Assembly: GCA_002633005.1 (NCBI GenBank)
Contig: NMRA01000739.1
Location: 107,925-171,924 of the forward strand
DNA from: Phoronis australis
Lineage: Eukaryota; Animalia; Phoronida
Length of the DNA stretch: 64,000 nucleotides
Direction of reading: 5' to 3'
The position numbers and the translations under genes are program-made. Positions 38,863 through 51,210 of this stretch are shown in pieces (the first letter of the stretch is position 1; each line of letters starts with the position of its first letter). The notes under the pieces were generated by a model that was not told the origin of the DNA, did no database searches, and worked only from the letters and a program-made list of their open reading frames with translations.

Positions 38863-39399
38863 CTACAAGCAAACAATCATTGCAGAATTCTTAGGTGCTC
38901 GTGGACTAAACAACGTGTTTTGACCATCCAATTATGTGTGGAAAGCTAGAAAAAATACCCGTTTCCTGGTTGCCATAAGGAGACTGGACGGACCACAACA
39001 ATTACGTCCGCATGGGGGGACACAAGTGCGCTGTTTTCGACCTTAGCGACTTTTAATAATTGGACTGCTCGACTGCCACAAAAACACACCCAATGATCCG
39101 GAAATTACCAGGAAAAATATACATATCGTTACCAAGCCTGTTGGATTGATGGAACAGGTAAAAAATTCGAACTTGCTTGGATTCGACGTTCTTTTGATTG
39201 CAGCCGCCGCAAACCACAAATTTAATGCATTTTTAATAGATGGAGAAGAACGTCCATGTATCACAGTCAATTAATCCGTATGTGCAAATAAACTTTCCAA
39301 GCTAATCGGAAAGTCTGAATTTAAATTTGTTCTGATAACTACCGCGAAGTCTTTCACAACGATACCTCTCATAGTACAAGGAAATAGTGTGGAACCTCG

Positions 39400-40330
39400 G
39401 TGGCAATTTTATAGCAAGAAGTCAGGGCGGAATAACTTTGACTGCATAGATGAGACAACAAGGAGCCCTGGACAAGATGGGACAATGTGATGAGATGGTC
39501 TATCACTTGGAAAGAGCTAAAGAAAATGTCACCTTCGCTGGTTAAGTTTTTGGTCAGCGCAGTTTACGATGTGCTACCAACGCCAACCAACCTGGTGGTT
39601 TGGAGAAGGGACGTCGTCACAAAATGTAATATGCGTGGAAGATGGTGCAACTTGGAACACATGTTGTTTTCGTGTAGAATAACTCTGCAGAGCGTTACAT
39701 TTGGCGTCACAACCAGGCTTTAAAGGTAATTGCTAGAATCGTCCACAAAGAATCGACAGTCAAGACAAACGCCAGGAAATTACGGTGCGGTGACCCTAGT
39801 TTCGGTCGATACGTGGAATAATGTCTCGTGGGATATATTACAGTACTTCGTCTATGCCACTCTTCGTACGTTTTGTGTATGTATCACTTTCACTCAGAAA
39901 AGTCACGACATGCAGGTAGTGATCACCGAGTTGACCATCCCATGGGAGAGTAGAGTTGATGAGTCTCATGAGCGAAAACGCCTGACGTATGAAGAGCTCC
40001 GATGAGACTGCGCTGCCTATGATTGGATTGCCTGGTTTTTCCCAATTGAAGCAGGCTGCAGGTGCGTACCTTCGAAGTCCCTTATTTACATGTAAAAGTC
40101 AAGGTATCATGATCTCGAGTCCAGCAAAGAGGTCGCTGCTAAGCAAAGTAGCTGCTGCTACGAGACAAACTTCCCGTTCCATTTGGTGGAAACATCGTCA
40201 TGTGCAACAACAACAATCATCGTCTGGTGGAAGCTGATTACTCCCGCCGGCCTTCCGCTAGAGAGACTCTCGAATTAAAGCCGAACGTTTCTAGGAAAGT
40301 GCGCATTCGATTGACGAAGACGATTAAAGT
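39400..40330 (+). mobile_element. 5'-truncated, degenerate RLE-type non-LTR retrotransposon (HERO/NeSL-like) in kinase intron 1
   Basis: KFLVSAVYDVLPTPTNL..W, a CCHC-like C...LEH.L..C and the restriction-like endonuclease motif ELTIPWE....E.HERK...Y; frameshifted. Confidence 0.8.
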
Positions 40331-41028
40331 ATGACCCTATTTATCCCTTGGACCCTAAAGAAGTCTAAGCCGGGTGTATGATAACTTTTCTTCTTGTCTG
40401 ACGTTTCTTTAAAATCACTGCTTTTTTCACACGGAGCAGATTATTATCTGACAGAAACTTTTATCAAGCAAAAATAATGACTCAGTTAATCGGAAGAGAG
40501 GGTAAAATTTTTAATTCACCCTCACTTCAATTGTCACAAAACTAGGATTCTAAACTACATTTACGAGAACTGGGCACGTCGAGCGATTACATGATCATAG
40601 AGGGGTATCAAATTCCTTGAATAATCTGTCAATAACTCAGTCAGGAGGGTACATCTTCTCTGCAATTGGCCATTAAATTCAAAATCAGCCAGTCTGAATC
40701 ATCGTAATCCTACAAACTTCCACAGGTAGTTTATACATGTTACATCTACCGCCGGTACCAGAATACCAACCACAAACATATAATTTAGGATGTGCACAAA
40801 AACACCTCGTCTGCGTAAGAGATAATGCCACGGGGAAGTTCCCTGACATTCGTTGAGTTGTGCAACAGAAGCATGGATCCCATACCAAAAATGCAAAAAG
40901 TCACGACAGTCACGAGTGAGGTTTGTCACGAACACCCCACGCTTGAGAACAGCTTCCGGTTCTTAATCGAGTATTCAAGAAAAAGAGAACCTGTCTTATT
41001 GCACTACCTAGTGAACGCCGATTGTTAC

Positions 41029-41501
41029 CTGAAGCCATTCAGGAAGCCCCCTGTTGTCATGAATTCGTTTGACGACGTGGCTTTGAATTCCATGCTTGAG
41101 TTGCGGAATAGGCGCGGACTTGGTGAACTGAACACCCTTCTCACCGCCTTATGAGATGTGGACGGCTGAACAATACTAGGAGTGGAGGCAGTGTCTTCTC
41201 TCTTGTTCATTTGCTGCATGTCTGCATGCGATTTGACTTTTGGAAGACGGGGTTTTATTCTTACTGCCTTGCTTAAAATACGTGGTCTTCTCGACACCTG
41301 CTTTGCTTCATTTCTGTTTTCCACACCGATGGTTATTTCATCTCCGTTAATTGGGAAAACAGTCTTAGATTTCTGGTCGCCTTGGACGGTTCTTGAACAT
41401 TTTGCAGACGCCTTCTTACTCTTGTTTGATGATGTCTTTTTGCGAGAATATCCTTTAACTTCACTACTTGAACGCCTTAGCCATTTTGCAAAGTTGCCCA
41501 T
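41029..41501 (-). CDS. Divergent protein kinase, coding exon 1 (MGNFAKWLRR..., basic Ser-rich N-terminus)
   Basis: ATG at 41501; donor AG|GTAAC; phase 2 joins exon 2 to give ...GFRYEIDST. Confidence 0.65.
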
Positions 41502-42647
41502 GTCAGCGTTAAATAAATAAAAGTTTCGGTGTTTCACACACAACAGAGGTCATCATTCAGTTAAATTTGTACCTGTGAATTTTGTATTGTTCGTACAAGG
41601 TAGTTTTGACCGATGAGTGTAACGGATGCGAGGAGTCTATGGAAGCCCAAGGAGTTGTGTGCTTGTTTTGTTTCGTCACTTCCTGTGACGTTTGCATTCT
41701 CCTGTTAAGTCGACATCGAGAAAACGACCTGATAATAACAGATTGTAGAAATGAGAGTCAAACGCTAGTTCTTGGGGTGACCAACAACTTTCACTAGTGG
41801 ACCTTAACTCTACACTTCAGCAGGGAAAACAGAAACAACTAATGGCATTAGCCTAAATACCGAGTCGACTAATGAAGCCTCACTTACAGAAATTCAGTAA
41901 TTAACAGACAAAGTTCTGTCAAGCATGGTGGCCCATTTGAGTCAATTAACATTTTTTTATCGATCTTGCATAATTAACTGTTGTAGGTCGAAATTTTAGC
42001 GGTATTAGTCAAGTTTTGAACACTGCACGGCATCTGTTCGGCATCGAACGACGGTCGAACCAGTTCGAACTAGTTCAGGAAAGGACTTTATTTTGCTCAC
42101 AAAATTTTATTTTCTAGTTTTTCGTGCGGGCGTACCTCTTAAATGGGTACTTTCAGCGAGAAAAAAATATTCTAAAGAAATTAGCAGTAGCGCAGAATTG
42201 ATTCCACTGGCTGTGCCGTACTAAGCGAACACTCTGCCGCTCACGATCATGCGATACAATAGTCAATATTCGGCATTTTCCGTACGTAATATGGAAGTAA
42301 AGCTTAAGAAAAATTTTTCGCGCCAAATGGGACCTTCCTCATTTTCAACAGAGTTTTAATGAACTGCGACTGTTTGTCAATAGCCTAACACCACACGGGC
42401 GTCTGTGAAGATTATTTTCATCCATCATGACCTTTTACCACTTCATTGCATGTCGTATTCTGACGATCAATCAGTGAACTTTGAAAGTTTTAAGACATAT
42501 CAAACCTCCTCGCCACTTCTTTAGAACTTGGAGGAAACTCGTTTCCAGGCAACACACTATTTTAACTAATCGTATCAATCTGGCCTTTAAACCCAGAACG
42601 ATCGGACAATTCCACCGCATTCTGCTCTCACTGCACCATACATAATA

Positions 42648-43667
42648 CATAGGCGGATTTAGGGGGGCCCAATGGGCCCACCCCCCCCTCCCTTGGCTAC
42701 CGCAAAAAAAACAACAAAAGCGTAGGGAAATTTCGAGTTTTTTTATTAACCCCGGTAATTAAAATTATACGGATGAAACAAGATTTAAATGTGTGCAGTT
42801 TTCGTGTTTGGGGGAGGCTCAGATCCAATTTCAAGTGTCAAATTCGGAACACGGCGCATCCGTAACGGAAGTATGGCTAAGTATAGGCTCTCCCGCGATA
42901 TCCCAAGCGACCGGCAGTGGCGCTGCGCACTACGACTCCGTTTCCGTCGTCTGCTCCACTGTGCAATGAAGAAAATCTACTTCATTTTTTAAAGAAAATG
43001 AAACCTGAGTGACGATGAAAAAACAGAAGCTGCTGGTAAGATGTGAATTTTAATCGAAGCCTAAGTGAATCACTCAGAAACTCATAATTCTCTCTTTGTC
43101 AAACCTTAACTTAAGGCGATTTCCAAAGCAATCCCGTCATTATTGCCAACACGAAAAACGAATTTGGTCTTTTGGGCATTTGAAGACTATTTTAAATACA
43201 GCAAATTTGTTAAGAACCGATTGCAAAAAATATAAAACGTGTAATAAGCATAACAAAAAGAAGTAGGTTTCGCGCGCAAACGATGTGGACCGTAAACAAG
43301 TAGGTCTCTTTGTACAAGATTTCCGGTAGTAGTTTTAACTAAAATCGTGGTGGTGTAGTGGTAAAGCACGCGCGCTTTATCCGCCAGGTCGTGAGTTCGA
43401 GTCTGTGGTAATTGCAGTTTTTCCTGTCTAACACGTTCTTCGAGTTTTTTTGTTTTTTTTTTATTTTTTTTTCTTGGATAATACTTCATGAATCAATTAA
43501 AATGCTTGATTTTTAGAGGAAAAAACAGGAAAATTTCCTAGGTGGGAGGGGGGCAAACCCCGACCTCCCCCCATTCAGTGCTATACGCATCTACAATCGT
43601 GGTTGGCGCAAATGCTTACAGCCGGACAAAATGTTGCCCCACTTGTGATATCCTAGATCCGCCACTG
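42648..43667 (-). mobile_element. hAT-like MITE family A, copy 3 (apparently full length, ~1 kb)
   Basis: CATAGGCGGATTT ... TAGATCCGCCACTG; 5-bp TSD TAATA on both sides. Confidence 0.9.
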
Positions 43668-44699
43668 TAATACACAACACGTGCTATAGTCTATGACTGC
43701 ACTAAAACCAAGGAGCGTACTACACTGTACACTCCTTGCTGACACCCACTAAAACCTAGTCGTCAAAGCGAAATGCTGCACGTTATAGTCAATCACGCGC
43801 TGAAGCCTTGGTGGGATGTAATCTATGTTCTTTGTAAATACATGTACATGTATATGCCGCAAACTGTCATCACGGTTTGGTTAATATGTCGTGCGTGAAG
43901 TTATATTACCCAAAGGCATGAAATTTCAAGCTCGTTCAAGATGCCTCAAAAATAGGCAACTAGATTTGTCGTGTTTTGGGGAATTATTGATAAAAAATGG
44001 TTGTCTGTTGAAAAAATAGATTTTATTCAACCTTGTCCACATCTGAAAGCTTGCAAAGCTTTTTTTTACTTAAATTCGAGATGGACTGAGTTCTTCCGAT
44101 AGTAGAACTGTTAGTATCGTGAGTACTTTTAGCAATGCTACTTCCAACCGACCACACAACAGCCGACCATAATTAGCAGACGACGTACTTGCCGGAAATA
44201 ACGCCAGATAATTTGGCCAAGTGTCACTAGTGAATAATGACGTATCGGCCTACGCGTAAGACCACAGATTTTGTCACATTCTTAGTTCGAAGTTTGGAAA
44301 CTCGACGATTTACACTCGAGAAATCAATGTTCGTCCGCCTAAGCATAAAACCGGCTTGTTTTCGTACTCACCGAATAATTGTACTTAATATTCTCTGAAT
44401 AGGATTGGATTTCACTCTCACAAATACCGAGTTGTTTCAACTGCTCATTGCTTTAACTATTTTATATTGACTTATATGGTCGTTATGTGCTGCCGCCTTT
44501 TGTAAAAACAAAAACAAAACACGCAAAAAAGGCCAGGAAAAGTGGACAGCTCTGATGGTGACCACCTCCACCCAAACAACAAAGAACAAACAGTAATACC
44601 AAAAAGGCAAAAAAGCAAAAGACTGCAAGAACCTGGGTCACACAGGACATCACAGCCCATGACAAATTTCTGTGGCGTCAACAACCAACAGCAAACTTT

Positions 44700-46407
44700 G
44701 ACAACCTGCCGCAGACTCCAGCAGGATTGTTCGAGTTGTTTTTTTCTGATGATGTAATTGATATGATTGTGTCAGAGACGGTGCGCTATGCTGGAACTAA
44801 AGGTGCTCATGATTTCACTGTTACCCAAGATGAGATGAAATCATTCATTGGCATACGCCTGGTATCCGGATACTCATCGACACCTAGGCGCAGAATGTAT
44901 TGGTCTCTTGACGATGATTTGCACAACACAGCAGTAGCCAACACTATGTCTCGCAACAGGTTCGAGACATTAATGCGTTACTTGCATTTACAATGTAGTA
45001 GACAATAATCGCCTGGATGGCGCTGACAAAATGGGAAAGGTGAGACCTCTGATGGCGGCTATCAATGAGAAATGTCTCATCTATTTCAGCCGAGAGCAAA
45101 ACTTGTCAATTGACGAGTCATTGATCCCCTACTACGGGCGACACGGGGCCAAACAGTTTATTCGCGGCAAACCCATCAGATTCGGATTCAAAATCTGGGC
45201 GTTGACCACTGCTTTAGGATACGTGGTTCAGTTTGAACCATATCAAGGAAAACGAGGTCAGCAGACGGGTGACACCGCAGGGTTTGGTATGGGGGGTGGA
45301 GTCGTGCTTGATCTGTTGGCTGAGCTACCAAAGGACAGACCATACCACCTGACCTTTGACAACTTGTTCACCTCACTGGACTTGGTTGACGAGCTCTCGA
45401 GACAAGGCATTGCCTGCACTGGCACAATCCGTGCAAATCGTCTGGGAGACTGTCCCCTGACAGCAGTGAAGGAGTTCCAGAAGACACCTCGTGGTACATA
45501 TGACTACTCATACGATGCAGCAAATAATCTTTGTGTTGTCAGGTGGAATGACAACAGCATTGTCAATATAGTGTCCAATCTTCACGGAGTTGCCCCCTTA
45601 CAAAGGGCAAAAAGATGGTCTCGCGCAGAGAGCCAGCGCATACGGATTGACCAACCCTTTGTGATAAGTCACTACAACCAAACCATGGGTGGCGTCGACA
45701 GAATGGATCAAAACATAGATAAGTACAGGGTCTCGATACGATCAAAGAAATGGTGGTGGCCGATTTTCGCCTATTGTCTAGATCTTTGTGTACAGCAAGC
45801 ATGGCACCTCTACAGAGCAACCGAAAGTGGAAAGGAGCAGCACAAAGATCTCCTGGAGGTTCGGCGCGAAATTGCTAACGTGTTGCTTATGAAGGGGAAA
45901 CGAGTCACTCAGTATGTTCCTAAATCCGTGCCTTGCTCAAAGAAAGTATTGCCTGATGTCAGATTTGACAGAGTGGACCACTTCATTAGCACAAGAGACA
46001 CCCAGAGGCGATGTGCAGTTTGTAAAATGAAGACAAAGCGTTTTTGTGTGAAATGCGATGTTAGCCTTCACGACAAATGCTTTATGGCATTTCATGTTGC
46101 ACAATAAAGATACTTGATACAATATTCTCATGAATTTTTGTCTTTTATTTTACTTTCTACAATATCTTAGCATCTAAAAACAATCAATATCATACTACAT
46201 CTTTCATTTTTACTGGTTTTAGTAGGCATTTCTGTTGGTGGTTTATAGACCCCACATGTGCCCAGCGTCCCTTTTGTGGGACGAAAATAAAAACGTCAAA
46301 AAAACGTAAAATAAAAACTTCTTTCCATTTTTCCTTATTCATTATGTTCATTGTATGTCTAAAGGCACATAATATCTGAATATGCAGTGAAAACGCGTAG
46401 TTGGGCA
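44700..46407 (+). mobile_element. piggyBac transposon, PGBD3-like, frameshifted and 5'-truncated
   Basis: ORFs 44727-45008 and 45031-46107 carry SIDES, FDNLFTS and MGGVDRMD (DDD triad) and a C-terminal Cys-rich domain RRCAVC...C..CDVSLH..CF..FH. A subterminal inverted motif (TGCCCA at ~46259 versus TGGGCA at ~46402) ends at an N. Confidence 0.9.
45031..46107 (+). pseudogene. piggyBac transposase catalytic core and CRD (358-aa open frame)
   Basis: Uninterrupted DDD core, but out of frame with the upstream N-terminal portion at YLHL/DN (~44990-45001). Confidence 0.8.
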
Positions 46408-47243
46408 NAGAACCCAGTTTACAAGTGTAGGCCAACTGCCCTTCAAGACAGGCTTTAAGTGATCATAAATAGCGTTTTGGCATATGACAATCAGCAACGC
46501 GGACATATGATATCGCAGAATAAAAAAGGGTTGTCCTTCCCATCACAAACAATGCTTGCAATTTCTCGCCCGTCATTCCTATTTTTGGGGCACGTCCTGC
46601 CAGTCAGTCCTTCATAAATTCTCATCAGAACGTTCACTCGTCCTGCTTATGAGTTTCATTTACTTGGTTCGTCCTTCCCATGAGCATTCCGAGTTTATTT
46701 CGGACGATAAAGCCTGCGAGAGGTTTTGTTATTCTGTTTCATAGCCAGTCAAGGCGACCAAAGTACACTTCGGCATCAACCTCCGCACCCCTTGAGCATA
46801 TCAATCCGCGCTTCCGACTAGGTAAAGTTTGAAGACTGAACCAGTGACCAGTTGGTTCTTGTTATTCAGTGGATAAATTGGTACCCCTGTGAGTGTTACC
46901 GCTTTGTCTCAGTACAAGCGAATGAGCCTAAATTCGTTCACACTTACAGTAGAAAATAATTACCAGCGTGTGGCTGTGATTTAACACCGTTTTAAAGTCT
47001 GCCCAGAGCTAACAAAAGTTTCATCTCATTGTCGTTGATACTTTTCCCGATAGGTTTATCAAAGCCTGGCAGTGTCTAAAATGATTTATAACGTACACAT
47101 GTATAACATTACAAAAACGTCCGATATGTTTACACGCACGCCCGCACACACGCATACACACCACACAAACACACACACATACACATGCGCCCGGTGGGGT
47201 GGGGGAATATTTACTACTCAAACAAAATAGACGTACCATATAG

Positions 47244-47400
47244 CAGTGGCGGATTTAGAGGGGGGTTTAGGAGGCCATGCTCCCCCCTAAAACTCTCCCA
47301 GATTCCATTTGGCAATTCGGGGGTGCGCCGTCTGACGAGCAAAATCCTGGATAGTACTCTGCCTTGCCCCCCCCAAATAAAACTCCTGGGTCCGCCCCTG
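47244..47400 (+). mobile_element. Short hAT-like MITE family B, copy 2
   Basis: CAGTGGCGGATTT ... GGTCCGCCCCTG; 8-bp TSD CCATATAG. Confidence 0.88.
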
Positions 47401-47879
47401 CCATATAGGGGCTTATGTGTTATTGAATGCTCAAATTTCAAATTTTTGGCAAATAAGCCTTTCTCGAGTTTGGCGACGCTTCAGTTTATGAAGGCCGTGT
47501 CGAATTCTCGTGGTATATAATTTAAAATTGTCTAAATTTAAAGTTCTAATGATGCTTTCCGTCTGGTACGATTCATTGGTCGGCTGAAACCTAAAAGAAC
47601 CTAGTTAAATCCCAATTCTAATACAGATGGGTGATATGTATATCTTTTTTCACAAAATGTACGCAATCCGGTATTTATAACTCAGATATCTTAACGTGTA
47701 TAAAATGAGTCAAATGATGATATCTACAAACTCAGTTTGTAGATACATGTAGCCTATCATCAATTGCATGATCTGAAACCATTTCAATCTAGCACCCCAC
47801 AGTTATAGGGTCAGTACCAAGGCCACTAATTGAAAATCGCATTAGATGTAAACCCACAAGCTTCCTGGTACGCTGTGCC

Positions 47880-48497
47880 AACAACTATACATGTAATGTC
47901 AAAACCACTGAGAAAACTCGCTGAAGAAAGTAGGTCGACTAGTCATCTGGACGAGCTAGAGCTCATTAGTCCCGACTTCGCAGGTGGGTCGTTAAGTTTT
48001 ACAGGCTATCAATTCGAACAGGAATACAATGATGAAGAAATACTAGAGAGGCGCCGTGAACAAGCTCAGACACTGAACGGAACGTATGGAGTTATTTGGT
48101 AAGCCGGCATTCGTCAGGCCACTGTCGACGTCTGCAGGCCACAGAAACGGAGATGTTTCACGGCCTCATACTTGCTATTTACAGCGTACATTTCATTTTT
48201 CACTACCATGAGCCACTTCCTAAGCATTGCGGACTCTCGAGGAAGTAAAAAAACGATATACCCGCTTTCCTCGCAGCTGCTTAGTTCGGACAAGCGGGAA
48301 CGATGCACCGCAACATAGCGGCATTCACTCTGCATATGAACCACTGACGTCGCTAGCGTCGTTTCTCACCTTCTTCACAGGTTAACGCGACACCTCTTGG
48401 CAAGGTAAGGTCGACCGTGTGCGAGGCGACTGATGTGGATATAGAACGATTAAGACGGCAAAAAAGACTAATTAAATCGGGTGGCATTTTCCTTTAA
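47880..48497. mobile_element. Internally deleted DNA transposon relic, Kolobok-like (THAP-like remnant on -, YQFE-type ORF start on +)
   Basis: Minus strand gives a THAP-like C...S....G...F.LP......KW...VK; plus strand gives GYQFEQEYNDEEILERR; right end ...CCTTTAA. Confidence 0.4.
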
Positions 48498-49482
48498 GTA
48501 AGCACGGCTTTCAAAGAGATAATTTCAGGTGCAGCATTTTTGACAGACGAGGTGGAATCAAGAATTCGGTTTTTGAATGTCGGCTACCACCCGACTTTTT
48601 AAAATGCACGCCGGGTGAGATTAGTGCAGAAACTGATGGGGAGTATTGTAGACCCTGTATAGCCACCCGAGGGGCTACATGTATACATGTCATGATGTCA
48701 ACTGGACAAGAATGCGGTGAGCACTGTATGAGTAGGCCTATACTAAGACTGCGCTCATTGAGGCCGGGACCGCATCGTAACTGCATTGCAAGTTGACTCT
48801 AGTACTAAGGAATTAAGCGACCCGTGTCCTTGTTGGGAGGCCTAGCATTCGCTGCTAAGTTAGTACTCCGCCTTATATGAGCCATGACAGGTTGGGCCGT
48901 GTTGTCCGCTAGATTTCAGTCAAAGGTCCGTGCCGCTACCGCCTCTCGGCGTGCGGTGGCAGCTGAGGCGGGTGCGCCCGGTGCGCTGTGGTTTGTACCT
49001 CAGTGCCTCCGTAGCCTGGCAGGCTGCTAGACTATCGCCATCGCAGACCCTAGTCCCATTCAACATCCTGACGTCAGAGTGTGGTCCTGCATGGGTACCA
49101 CTCCGCTATATGCGAGTCGTTCATGAATGAATGTCTGCCACCATTTGTTCATGCCTGTGCCTTTGAAATTATGTAGGCCTGCATGCAACCTGACCTTGGC
49201 TAGCGTCTGAATACTGTCAAGAGATCAGTAGCTATTTCGCGACTAGAAAAATCTAGCCTGACTGAAAACCACTTGTTGTCATTTGAAATATACAGCAATA
49301 TCTCACATAAACTCCAGCACTTGCTTTTTAGCGAGTTCTAGCCTATGTCCTAACGTTGGCAGTGTTGTCTATTTTGAACCATTTCGCTGTCCATACATAA
49401 CTCTACCCTCCTTGACATATATTAACTGGTTTGACCTACTTTTTCACAAAACATTGTTTGGCTTCGCTGCAGAAAATCACCT

Positions 49483-49628
49483 ATGGCTCACAACGAAGAG
49501 GAATATCAGAAGACTTTTCCGCAACCGGAACTCGATGCTGCGTTCACAAAAGGGCGATTTGTGAACAAGGTCGTTATTGTAACGGGTGGAACAAGTGGTA
49601 TTGGTCGTGCAACTGCTGAAAGGTTTGG
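49483..49628 (+). CDS. Short-chain dehydrogenase/reductase, exon 1
   Basis: MAHNEEEY...RFVNKVVIVTGGTSGIGRATAERFG (TGxxxGIG); donor GTAAGG at 49629. Confidence 0.88.
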
Positions 49629-50289
49629 GTAAGGGTCGCATGTATATACTGCATGACTATAGATTTACTGAAATGGCACGGCCTCTAGCCTACTACCTAC
49701 ATGTAGCTCGGGCGCGCGAATGGTCGAGGCTTGTGAGCGAGGCCGGGGCTTTTGGGTTGCCCACTGGCAGGATCCCTAGGCCAGCGGGTTTCATTCACTA
49801 TGTGCACAGTTAAAGTGGCTGAGTCCAAAACAACTTAATCAGTCTAACTGCCCTTCACTGGGGTCAATTTATCAGGGATTTATAGTATCCGGAGCCCCCT
49901 TGGCGGGGGAACTCTCGCGATGACTCTGAGAAATATGGGTCATAATAATATAAGGCTAATGGTTTTCACCAAAGTACATCACGTGTACACTGAGTTGCCT
50001 GAAGGTCGACACGGGAAGTCTAGGTTCACTGGCCAGGCGTGTTTTTGCGAAAATAAAAGCAAAAGAAAAACTGGCATTCAATCATGATTTGGCCAAAAAA
50101 TCCCCCTCCCCCCGGCAACAGTTGAAGTGTTGTCGGGAATAAATACGGTGCAGATTCTTGCAAAAGTGTTATCTCACTGTAACGGTTGCCTTTGATGCCG
50201 TTCAGTTTTGTTGAATTGATTTCGACCTCTGGCGAACACTTTACACTCCCCAAACCACCACTGAGAGTAGGCCCGTGAGGCAAATTCTT

Positions 50290-50834
50290 GCATTACGGCG
50301 TTTTCCCGTTTGTCCCAACTTGTTCGATTCGATCTATAGCCCCACAACAAGTTAGGAAGTTTACCCCTCTAGCCAATATCTTACACGACTGATTAACTCC
50401 ATTCTGGCATTTATGGTTGGTGGGCCAGCTCTCTTTTATTCAATAATTGCTCTAATCTCCAATAAGATCTTATCTGGTACCCCGACTGGGCTGTGCTGTT
50501 AAAATAAAAGTCAAGTTATAACATATTTGAACATAAACCAATAGCATTTCTGAAATCTTCGTCAAATGGTGATCATGTTTAGTTTTTGAATCGCCAAAAT
50601 TGCCCAACTCCAACCGAAGTTACGACAATCTATTCTTTCCGAATTCACCCAATTCACTCTGAGTTTGATTGTGTTCACTCATGGTCTGTAATAAGCCTGG
50701 TAGATAATTGGCCTGCTTGTTGTCATAACAGACAAAAGAGTGTGCTTGGCAGTTAACAAAGTAGCTAGATGTTATCACACGCTCAGAACCCCCTATGTCT
50801 GGTAATGTCACTGAACGGGAAAACGCTGTCATGC
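50290..50834 (-). mobile_element. MITE family C, copy 2 (in SDR intron 1)
   Basis: GCATTACGGCGTTTTCCCGTT ... AACGGGAAAACGCTGTCATGC; reverse-complement similarity to 24631-25080. Confidence 0.85.
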
Positions 50835-50962
50835 TAACGCCTGCGCAAGCCGTTCCCAAGTAGGCTTCCCAAATTTCCGTTTGACTGCACTGAATTTTAG
50901 GTATGAAAGCATTCAGAAAATCCGATAATTTTGTGTTTCAATGAAAAAGTATTTTTCTTCAG

Positions 50963-51210
50963 CAATGATGGCGCCACAGTTGCCATTCTCGCTCGCAACG
51001 CCGACAGAGGAGATGTTGTGGCAGCCGAGCTCCGCCGTGGCGGGAAGAACATTCGCTTCTACCAGTGTGACGTCACCCAGAAGGACCAATGCAAGCAAGC
51101 CGTCCAGCAGGTTGCTAAGGACAACGGTGGAAAGATTCATTTTCTTGTGAACAACCACGCTGTCTTCAATAGCAGCAGCAGCGACGTTGGTGTTGGAATA
51201 AGGAGCTCGG
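50963..51210 (+). CDS. SDR exon 2
   Basis: NDGATVAILARN...FYQCDVT...GKIHFLVNNHA; donor GTGAGT. Confidence 0.88.
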
